A stretch of DNA of 64,000 nt, from the NCBI GenBank assembly GCA_049720475.1, contig JBNASH010000036.1:65339-129338 (forward strand), written 5' to 3'. The notes beneath the pieces are model-generated. The model was not told the DNA's origin. It was given only the letters and a program-made list of their open reading frames with translations, and searched no databases. The DNA is from Minisyncoccia bacterium. GTDB lineage: Bacteria > Patescibacteriota > Minisyncoccia > UBA6257 > JAAZHW01. Both the position numbers and the translations under genes were made by a program. Position 1 is the first letter of the stretch. Each line of letters starts with the position of its first letter. This document shows, in pieces, positions 51,200 through 58,672 of this stretch.

Positions 51200-53089
51200 A
51201 TGTTTCTAATTTCGGCAATTCCTATTACCTATCTCCCCCGCTCCCAAAATAAAATCCTATCTTATTTCTCTTTTCAAAGAATTAACCCTTTAAGCCTTGT
51301 TTTTATCCCCTTAAAAAATCGCAAGGTGGAAGCTTTGGTTTTAAAATGTGAAGAGGTAAAATCAAAAATTTCTATTAAAAAAGCGGAGTTTCAAATTAAA
51401 CCCGTTAATAAAATTATTAATGTTAACCCTGTTCTTACTTCTCAACAATGGGAATTGATTCAACTTGCTTCAATTTGGTATTTTAACCCTCTTCCTTCTT
51501 TATTAAAAAATATTGTTTCTCCCATTAGTCTATTTAAAAACATAAAGATAAAAGAAGCGGAAACAATTAACAATAAATCCCAACCTCAAATAATTTATGA
51601 AAATGATTTTACTTATATAAAAAAACGCGTTTCTCAAACTTTACAAAAATCAGAACAGGTCCTTTTTCTTTTTCCCAATCAAATTAAATTGGAATTTTAT
51701 TACCAAAATTTTCAGGAATTTCACGATCAAATTTTTATTTTTGAAAAGAAAAATTCTAAAAAGTTTTTTAAAAATTATCAATTAATAAATGAAGGTGAAA
51801 TAAAAATTGTTTTTGGTAAACACGCGGCTTTATTCGCCCCATTTTATCATTTAGGTCTTATTGTTATTGTTGATGAAGATAATGATGGCTTTGAAACTTT
51901 CGAAACAAAAATTCATTATAACGTTAAAAAGTTGGCCTTATTTTTAGCAGAAAAGTTCGGAATAGAAATCATTTTAACAACTTCTCTCTTATCTCCGGAG
52001 GCTTTTCTAAATATTAAAAATAAAAAATATCTTGCTGATTTCGATCTTTCAAAAAATAAAATCGATAAAGCGAAAATTAAATTGCAAGGTTTTAATATCA
52101 AAAGCGACGGACTAATTCATTTGGATACTAAAAAAGCTATCGAAAAAACACTCAAAGAAAATGGGCAGATTTTAATTTATAACAATCGTCGAGGTCATTC
52201 GCCTGCTTTAATTTGCAACGATTGCGGCTTTCTCTTTCAATGCCCTAATTGTAATGCTGCTTTGGTTTATCATAAAGATGAAAATCCGTTTCTTCTCTGT
52301 CATCATTGCGGCTTTCAACAAGAAGCGCCCGATTTGTGCCCTCGCTGTCAGAGTCATTTAATTCAATTTATCGGAGTTGGCAATCAAAAAATTTATGATT
52401 ATTTTAAAAACTCTTTTGCTAACTATAAAACAGCGATTTTCGACTCCGATCATCTAAAAAATCTTCGCCAAGAAAAAGAAAGATTTAACCAATTTATTAA
52501 TGGTGAAATTTCCATTTTGATTGTTACTGACTTATTTTCTAAATTTTTTGATCTGTTAAATAAAAAGGTTGGTTTGATTATTATCCCTGTTTTTGAACAA
52601 CTACTCGTTACGCCTTCATTCAACAGCGAAGAAAAAATCAGAAAAAATATCAAACTTTTATCTCAAAACACTAACCAGTTAATAATTCAGACATTTGATA
52701 GTAATAAATTGTGGTTCAAAACTCTCTTTGATGAAAGTTTTTATCAAAAAGAGTTGGAAAAAAGAGAATCGTCGTTTTATCCCCCCTTTGCTCAATTGAT
52801 CAAAATAATAATTAAAGACAAAAAAGCCAACAAATTACTATCAATTGCTGATTATTGTTATAATTTATTACTCAAGAATTCCCAAAAAATATTTAGCGAC
52901 AAGGATTATATTTTATCCAAGCCAGTTTCACCTTTGATTAATCGTATAAATAACCTTTATATCAAAGAAATATATTGGCGATTAAAAATAAACAATGATC
53001 AAAATTTGACCATTCAAAAACGCAATGCTATTTTAAAATTGTTGCCTGATGAGGTTGATATTGAAATTGAACCAATTGATATTTTCTAA
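51200..53089 (+). CDS. priA: primosomal protein N' (PriA) homologue with degenerate helicase motifs
   Basis: Cys-rich zinc region NRRGHSPALICNDCGFLFQCPNCNAALVYH...LCHHCG....CPRCQS is the PriA hallmark. No GxGKT (Walker A); DEEH reads VDEDND. Confidence 0.55.
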   Translation: MFLISAIPITYLPRSQNKILSYFSFQRINPLSLVFIPLKNRKVEALVLKCEEVKSKISIKKAEFQIKPVNKIINVNPVLTSQQWELIQLASIWYFNPLPSLLKNIVSPISLFKNIKIKEAETINNKSQPQIIYENDFTYIKKRVSQTLQKSEQVLFLFPNQIKLEFYYQNFQEFHDQIFIFEKKNSKKFFKNYQLINEGEIKIVFGKHAALFAPFYHLGLIVIVDEDNDGFETFETKIHYNVKKLALFLAEKFGIEIILTTSLLSPEAFLNIKNKKYLADFDLSKNKIDKAKIKLQGFNIKSDGLIHLDTKKAIEKTLKENGQILIYNNRRGHSPALICNDCGFLFQCPNCNAALVYHKDENPFLLCHHCGFQQEAPDLCPRCQSHLIQFIGVGNQKIYDYFKNSFANYKTAIFDSDHLKNLRQEKERFNQFINGEISILIVTDLFSKFFDLLNKKVGLIIIPVFEQLLVTPSFNSEEKIRKNIKLLSQNTNQLIIQTFDSNKLWFKTLFDESFYQKELEKRESSFYPPFAQLIKIIIKDKKANKLLSIADYCYNLLLKNSQKIFSDKDYILSKPVSPLINRINNLYIKEIYWRLKINNDQNLTIQKRNAILKLLPDEVDIEIEPIDIF

Positions 53090-53104
53090 ATTATAATTAA
53101 AGTA

Positions 53105-53590
53105 GTGATTATGATTAAAATTTTAACTATTTTAAACAAAAAAGAGGAAGAATTCCTGCGCACTCCAACAAAAAAAGTTCCTCTTCCGCTTTCTGATGAA
53201 CACCAAAAATTGATCGAAAAAATGAAAGTTATTATGAAAAAGTCTGATGGTGTTGGTTTGGCGGCTAATCAAATTGGTGTAGACTTACAAATTGCTATTG
53301 TTGAATATCAAAATAAATCATATACCTTGATAAACCCCAAAATAATAAAATTATCGAAAAAAATGGAGTTGGGAGAAGAGGGCTGTTTAAGTGTTCCGGG
53401 TTGTATTGGTGTTGTTCCACGAGCCAAAAAAATTGTTGTTGAAACATTTGATAAAGATGGCAAAAAAATAAAAATTAAAGAAAAAGATATGCTGGCTCGC
53501 ATTATTCAACACGAAATAGATCATTTAAATGGCATCTTATTTGTTGATAAAGCCAAAGAAATTTATTATTCAAAAAATTATGCCAAATAG
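53105..53590 (+). CDS. def: peptide deformylase
   Basis: GVGLAANQIGV, EGCLSVPG, HEIDHLNG. Confidence 0.9.
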   Translation: MIMIKILTILNKKEEEFLRTPTKKVPLPLSDEHQKLIEKMKVIMKKSDGVGLAANQIGVDLQIAIVEYQNKSYTLINPKIIKLSKKMELGEEGCLSVPGCIGVVPRAKKIVVETFDKDGKKIKIKEKDMLARIIQHEIDHLNGILFVDKAKEIYYSKNYAK

Positions 53591-54524
53591 ACATCCTAAA
53601 ATCATCTTTTGGGGAACTCCTTTCTTTAGCGCCGCTATTTTAGAGGGCTTAATTAAGGCCGATTTTTGCCCTATTTTGGTGGTTACGGCTCCAGATAGTA
53701 TAAAAGGCAGGGGTCTTATCAAAAGCCCCTCAGAAGCCAAAAAAACCGCAAAAAAATGGGGTTTAGAAGTCGCCGAACCAGAAAAATTACGCCAAAATTC
53801 AGCTTTTTTGAGTCAATTAAAAGAATTGGGACCCGATTTATATATCGTAGCCAGCTATGGAAAAATTATTCCCAGGGAATATTTAGAAATCCCCTCTAAA
53901 GGAGCCTTAAATGTTCATCCTTCTCTTTTGCCCCAATGGCGTGGTCCTTCACCTATCCAAGCGACAATTCTTGCTGGTCAAAAAGAAACCGGCGTGACAA
54001 TTATTTTAATGGATGAAGAAATGGATCACGGAGATATTATCGCTCAAGAAAAAATTAATATTACAAATCCAAAAATTACTTATAAGCAATTAGAAGCTCA
54101 GCTAATTGATTTATCGATTCATTTATTAATCAAAACATTACCTCAATGGTTAGATAACAAAATAAAACCCATCCCTCAAAATCACAATGAAGCGACATAT
54201 TGCAAAATGATTAAAAAAGAAGATGGTTTAATCGATTTTAACGAACCAGCAGAAATTATTGAAAGAAAAATTCGTGCCTTTCAAATTTGGCCAAACGTTT
54301 ACTTTATTCGTAAAGATAAAAACTATAAAATTTTGGAAGCTGATTTTTTTCAAAATGAAGATGTTTTAAAGGATAGAAAAATTGGCGAATTTTTCTGCTG
54401 GGATAAAAATTTAGTTGTTAAATGCAAAGAGGATGGTTTATTGATTAAAAAAATTCAACCAGAAAATAAAAAAATAATGGATGGCTATGCTTTTTGGTGT
54501 GGTTATCAAAAATATTTAAATTAA
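53580..54524 (+). CDS. fmt: methionyl-tRNA formyltransferase
   Basis: IIFWGTP, HPSLLPQWRGPSPIQ, and a C-terminal domain. Overlaps def by 11 nt. The ORF extends to 53529. Confidence 0.85.
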   Translation: MPNRHPKIIFWGTPFFSAAILEGLIKADFCPILVVTAPDSIKGRGLIKSPSEAKKTAKKWGLEVAEPEKLRQNSAFLSQLKELGPDLYIVASYGKIIPREYLEIPSKGALNVHPSLLPQWRGPSPIQATILAGQKETGVTIILMDEEMDHGDIIAQEKINITNPKITYKQLEAQLIDLSIHLLIKTLPQWLDNKIKPIPQNHNEATYCKMIKKEDGLIDFNEPAEIIERKIRAFQIWPNVYFIRKDKNYKILEADFFQNEDVLKDRKIGEFFCWDKNLVVKCKEDGLLIKKIQPENKKIMDGYAFWCGYQKYLN

Positions 54525-54528
54525 AAAG

Positions 54529-54552
54529 AAAACGGCGCTCACGCGCCGTTAG
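54529..54552. terminator. bidirectional hairpin terminator between fmt and the small minus-strand operon
   Basis: aacggcgc-tcac-gcgccgtt, with A/T runs on both sides. Confidence 0.6.
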
Positions 54553-54767
54553 AATTTATTAAAAATAATTGCCGCCCGTCGGTAAATCTCGTTCTTAACC
54601 TGATTGGGAATTTCTGCGCTTGAATTGTCTTCCTCCTGCCTCATAATCCCATCTTTTACTACATATTTCAACTTTGGCTGATACTTGCCTTTTTTAGTTG
54701 GTACAGCTACCATATAGATCCAGTACCGCTCCCACTCAAACCTTAATTCAGTTATTTTCGGTTTCAT
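54549..54767 (-). CDS. small hypothetical protein (72 aa), translationally coupled to the upstream zinc-ribbon ORF
   Basis: ATGA overlap with ORF 54764..54970; a terminator follows directly. Confidence 0.4.
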   Translation of the reverse strand: MKPKITELRFEWERYWIYMVAVPTKKGKYQPKLKYVVKDGIMRQEEDNSSAEIPNQVKNEIYRRAAIIFNKF

Positions 54768-54970
54768 TCTTTCCTCCTTCTTTTTTCTCCATATCCATAA
54801 TAAATCAAAAAGTAGCAGCGTTCACACAACTGCCCACTACCCTCCACGTAGTATTTTCTTTTTAAAACATCATCTGTTTTTTTGTAGGGCGTTTCCGCCC
54901 CACAAATTACACAATGCTCTTTTTCTGAATTTAATTTCTTTAAAAATTCTTCTTTTTTTTGTTCGTTCAT
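54764..54970 (-). CDS. small zinc-ribbon protein (68 aa)
   Basis: CVICG...(25)...CERCY; K/E-rich N-terminus; basic C-terminus. Confidence 0.4.
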   Translation of the reverse strand: MNEQKKEEFLKKLNSEKEHCVICGAETPYKKTDDVLKRKYYVEGSGQLCERCYFLIYYGYGEKRRRKE

Positions 54971-55057
54971 TTCATTTCCCCCTCCTTTTTTAAAATTTTA
55001 AAAAGCTCTGATTTAGAGATTAAACTTTTTTATCATTTCGTCAAGAGGAAATAAAAG

Positions 55058-56110
55058 TTATAAAATTTTATCTATAAAAAAGATAATTAATCCCAAAACA
55101 GAAAAAATAGCTGATAAAATCCAAAAACGCATGGTAATTTTTGGTTCTGGCCAACCAATTGCTTCAAAATGATGATGAATTGGTGAAGAAAGAAAGATTT
55201 TTTTCTTTCTAATTTTTTTACTAAGCATTTGAACGATCACAGAAAGAGTTTCAAGAAGTGGAATGAAAGCAAAAAATGGCAAAAGCAAGGCGGTATTCGT
55301 ATACATGGCTAAAAGTCCTAATGTGATTCCCAAAGCCATTGAACCCGTATCTCCCATAAAAAATCGGGCCGGATAAATATTAAACCACAAAAAAGCAAGA
55401 AGAGCGCCAAGAATTACTCCTATAAAAGTTGCTAAATCAAAACGCTGTTGAACAAAAGCAACAACTAATAAAGCTAAATACGCAAAAAGCATGGCCCCTC
55501 CTGCTAAGCCGTCTAATCCATCAGTTAAATTCGTTGCGTGAGCCGTTCCAACAACAACAAAAATAAAAAATAATGGATAAAATATCCCTAACGAAACTTC
55601 GCCCAAAAATGGAATATGAATAGAATTCCAATCCAATTTGAAATAAAACCAATAAGCGCCGATTGAGGCAATAATTAAATAAAGAAAAAGTTTTTGTTTA
55701 ATACTTAATCCACCGCCCTTTGGTCCAATCTTTAAAACGCCTAAAATATCGTCAGCCAATCCAACTAAAGCTGCAAAAACTAAAGAAAATAAAGGTAAAT
55801 AGGTTTGGGCCCGGCTAATAAAGTTAAAATAATCAAAAACTTGGTCAAATAACTTGCTTAATAAAAGAAAGACAAAAGCAATAACCGTTGTCGTTAGCCA
55901 AATTAGAATACCACCCATTGTTGGTGTTCCTTCTTTTTTTTGATGCAGTTGAGCAAAAATTGGCGCCCCTTCTGTCCGAATTTGTTTTCCCACTTTATAT
56001 TTATAAAGAAGCTTCACTAAAATCGGAGTAAAAAGCAGTGCTATCCCAAACGATAAAGCCGCCAAAATAAATAGACGCGAGAGTTGAAAAATTATTAATT
56101 CAAAAGACAT
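55058..56110 (-). CDS. mraY: phospho-N-acetylmuramoyl-pentapeptide transferase
   Basis: PTMGGILIW, NLTDGLDGLAGG, and many TM helices. Confidence 0.9.
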   Translation of the reverse strand: MSFELIIFQLSRLFILAALSFGIALLFTPILVKLLYKYKVGKQIRTEGAPIFAQLHQKKEGTPTMGGILIWLTTTVIAFVFLLLSKLFDQVFDYFNFISRAQTYLPLFSLVFAALVGLADDILGVLKIGPKGGGLSIKQKLFLYLIIASIGAYWFYFKLDWNSIHIPFLGEVSLGIFYPLFFIFVVVGTAHATNLTDGLDGLAGGAMLFAYLALLVVAFVQQRFDLATFIGVILGALLAFLWFNIYPARFFMGDTGSMALGITLGLLAMYTNTALLLPFFAFIPLLETLSVIVQMLSKKIRKKKIFLSSPIHHHFEAIGWPEPKITMRFWILSAIFSVLGLIIFFIDKIL

Positions 56111-56113
56111 ATT

Positions 56114-57076
56114 TTAGAAAACATAAGCTTTAACTAACCATTTTAATAAAACTTCTATATCATTATAACGATTTGGAGTTTTTAAAACAACCAACAGAAT
56201 TCTTCGCATGGGTTCATCGCTTCTTTGCGATGGCACTCCGAAAATCCCCGCAAAAGTCTGCCAAGCTTCATCAGTAAAACCAGTTTTTCCTCCCAAAAAA
56301 GTTATTCCTAGTTCTTGTAAATAGTTGGGCTTTTGAGTTAGTTGATTGATATTTTTTAATTCATGAGAGATGGTTGGATTTTGACCGTAAATTTTATCTT
56401 CAAAATTTTTAGAAATTAAAAGCAGATTCGGGTGATAAGCAATGATATATTTAATTAATTTTTTTAAATCATTTGGGCTTGATTGATTTAAAAAATTTAA
56501 ACCCGTTGGCTCAACAAAAGTGGTTTGAGTCATTCCTAATTCTTTTGCTTTTTGATTCATTAAATTTATAAAATTGCTTTCGCCATAAAAATCCACTATA
56601 GCCATAGCTGCCTTATTAGAAGAAATCATCAAAAGAGATTTGACTAAATCAAAGGTGGTTAATTTTTCATTTAAATAAAAGAGAGGGGGGTCTCCATCAA
56701 CATTCAAAGATTTTTGGGTAATGGGAATCAGTTCTTGAGAATTAATATTTTCTTCAGCAATAACAGCTGTCATTAATTTAGTAATAGAAGCAATTGGTCG
56801 GCGCACATTAGCATCACGTTGGAAAAAAATATAATCGTTATCAATATCCATCAACAAAACTCCTTGCGCCTCAACAACGGGATCGTCTTTAACTGCCCAA
56901 TTTCTATATGGATAGGTATAAAGAGGATTTTCGGATCGCGCGGAAAAATAATCTGGATTATTTAATTCGATGCGATTATTAAATTTGAGATAATGAAAAT
57001 AAAACCAGCCGATAAAAAATCCGATTGCCAAACTTAAAAGGATTATTGATGTAATTTTTATAATCTTTTTTATCAT
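56114..57076 (-). CDS. D-alanyl-D-alanine carboxypeptidase (S11, PBP5-like)
   Basis: SxxK (ASITKLMTA), SxN (SSN), KTG (GKTGFT). Confidence 0.75.
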   Translation of the reverse strand: MIKKIIKITSIILLSLAIGFFIGWFYFHYLKFNNRIELNNPDYFSARSENPLYTYPYRNWAVKDDPVVEAQGVLLMDIDNDYIFFQRDANVRRPIASITKLMTAVIAEENINSQELIPITQKSLNVDGDPPLFYLNEKLTTFDLVKSLLMISSNKAAMAIVDFYGESNFINLMNQKAKELGMTQTTFVEPTGLNFLNQSSPNDLKKLIKYIIAYHPNLLLISKNFEDKIYGQNPTISHELKNINQLTQKPNYLQELGITFLGGKTGFTDEAWQTFAGIFGVPSQRSDEPMRRILLVVLKTPNRYNDIEVLLKWLVKAYVF

Positions 57077-57585
57077 AAATTATGAAATTTATCATATTCG
57101 GGCAAATCCTCAATTTTTGATAGCCCCATTTTTCTCAAAAAATCAAAGCTAATTTTATAAATAAAAGCATTAGAACGATGCGGATCTACTTCCTTTTCAA
57201 TTAAACCTCGAATTAATAGATTTCGAATAATATAAGATGAGTTTACGCCGCGAATGTTATCTATTTCCGCGCGGGTGATTGGTCCTTTATAAGCAATGAT
57301 CGCTAACGTTTCCAACGCTGCGGGTGTTAGATCTTCTTTCAATGTCTTCTGAAGAAATTTTTCGATTGTCTTTGATGTATCAGCTGATGTTGTCAATTGA
57401 ACTTTTCCATCAAACAAAAGAATCATCAATCCCCTATTATTTGTAAGATAATCATTTTTTAAATTCTCAACTGCCTCAGAAACTTGATTTAAATCAACTT
57501 CAATAATCTCGGAAATTTTGCTTAATTCAATTGGTTCGCCAGAAATAAATAACAGAGCTTCAATTTGTTTTTCTATTTCATTCAT
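57073..57585 (-). CDS. scpB: segregation and condensation protein B
   Basis: EALLFISGEPIELSKI..., a tandem winged helix; overlaps scpA. Confidence 0.8.
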   Translation of the reverse strand: MNEIEKQIEALLFISGEPIELSKISEIIEVDLNQVSEAVENLKNDYLTNNRGLMILLFDGKVQLTTSADTSKTIEKFLQKTLKEDLTPAALETLAIIAYKGPITRAEIDNIRGVNSSYIIRNLLIRGLIEKEVDPHRSNAFIYKISFDFLRKMGLSKIEDLPEYDKFHNL

Positions 57586-58327
57586 AAATAGTTCTTTGAT
57601 TATTAGAAATTAAACTAATTTTTATTTCACCAAACTCATCAGTTTGTTCCAAAACAATCAATTGTTGTTTAAACATTTGCAGTAAAGCTAAAAAGGTAAC
57701 GATAATTTCTATTTTCTCTCTCTTCCCTATCAAATTATTAAACGTCACTTTAGTTTGTTGGTGAAGAATTTTTAAAAGATTGTTAATTTTCTCTTCAATT
57801 TTAATAACTTTTTTTACTTTTTCAACCACCGATTCGCCCAAACTGCTAAATTCTACCCAGATTTTTTCGAAACTTTTTATTAACCATTCTACTTCAAATT
57901 TCTCAGGCGGATAAAAAACTGGTGTTTGATTTAAAAGAAATTCACGACTTAAAGCAGGATTGGTAGTATACAATGATTTAATATATTGGGAGGCCTGCTT
58001 AAATAAACGATAAACTTCCAATCTTTGGGTTAAATCTTTAATTTCTGCTTCTTCTTCGCTTGAAAGCTCTAAGGTTGGAAGCAGACTCCTGGATTTAATT
58101 AAAATTAGTTTAGCGGCTACCACTAAAAAATCAGCTAAAATCTCTGGAGCCACCTGTTTCAAATCTCCAACATACTTTAAAAATGAATCAGTCACATTGG
58201 CCAAACTAACTTCAGTAATTTCCATTTTTCTTTCTTCAATTAAATTCAAGAGCACATCTAAAGGTCCTGAAAATTTTTCTTGTTTGATTTCTAAATTTTG
58301 GAGGTGAACCGATCTATTATCCATCAT
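57578..58327 (-). CDS. scpA: segregation and condensation protein A
   Basis: FSGPLDVLLNLIEERKMEITEVSLANVTDSFL. Confidence 0.8.
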   Translation of the reverse strand: MMDNRSVHLQNLEIKQEKFSGPLDVLLNLIEERKMEITEVSLANVTDSFLKYVGDLKQVAPEILADFLVVAAKLILIKSRSLLPTLELSSEEEAEIKDLTQRLEVYRLFKQASQYIKSLYTTNPALSREFLLNQTPVFYPPEKFEVEWLIKSFEKIWVEFSSLGESVVEKVKKVIKIEEKINNLLKILHQQTKVTFNNLIGKREKIEIIVTFLALLQMFKQQLIVLEQTDEFGEIKISLISNNQRTIYE

Positions 58328-58401
58328 AAAATTATTTTATCTTATTTTTTTCTTTTTTTCTATATTTTTTGTTTACTAAAAAATCAATCTGTTTTTGCCG
58401 A

Positions 58402-58430
58402 TTGACAATTTTTCTTTTTGCATTTAGAAT
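58402..58430 (+). promoter_or_regulatory. sigma70-like promoter (TTGACA-17-TAGAAT) for the small Cys-rich ORF
   Basis: ttgaca at 58402-07 and tagaat at 58425-30. Confidence 0.45.
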
Positions 58431-58458
58431 GCGATTAGCTCATTAAAAAGGAGGCGTT

Positions 58459-58608
58459 ATGAAAAAAGAAAAAATGATTTTAATTGTGAATAAAAAAGAT
58501 TTTCTTAATCATATTAAAAAGGTTTGTCTACCAAATATCAGAAGATCTTGTAAAATTTGTACTGTTTGTCCTTTCAAAAAAGATGTTTTAAAAATTATCA
58601 AGGAATAA
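58459..58608 (+). CDS. 49-aa Cys-rich small protein, not in the ORF track
   Basis: MKKEKMILIVNKKDFLNHIKKVCLPNIRRSCKICTVCPFKKDVLKIIKE. SD aaaggagg lies 6 nt upstream; the pattern is Cx8Cx2Cx2CP; both a promoter and a terminator are present. Confidence 0.45.
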   Translation: MKKEKMILIVNKKDFLNHIKKVCLPNIRRSCKICTVCPFKKDVLKIIKE

Positions 58609-58630
58609 AAAAATAGCCGATAAGAATTTT

Positions 58631-58672
58631 AAAATCAGCTGAGACCAGCCTCGGAGCTGGTTTTTTATTTTT
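58631..58672. terminator. bidirectional terminator between the small ORF and secA
   Basis: cagctgagaccagcctcggagctgg hairpin followed by ttttttattttttat. Confidence 0.6.
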
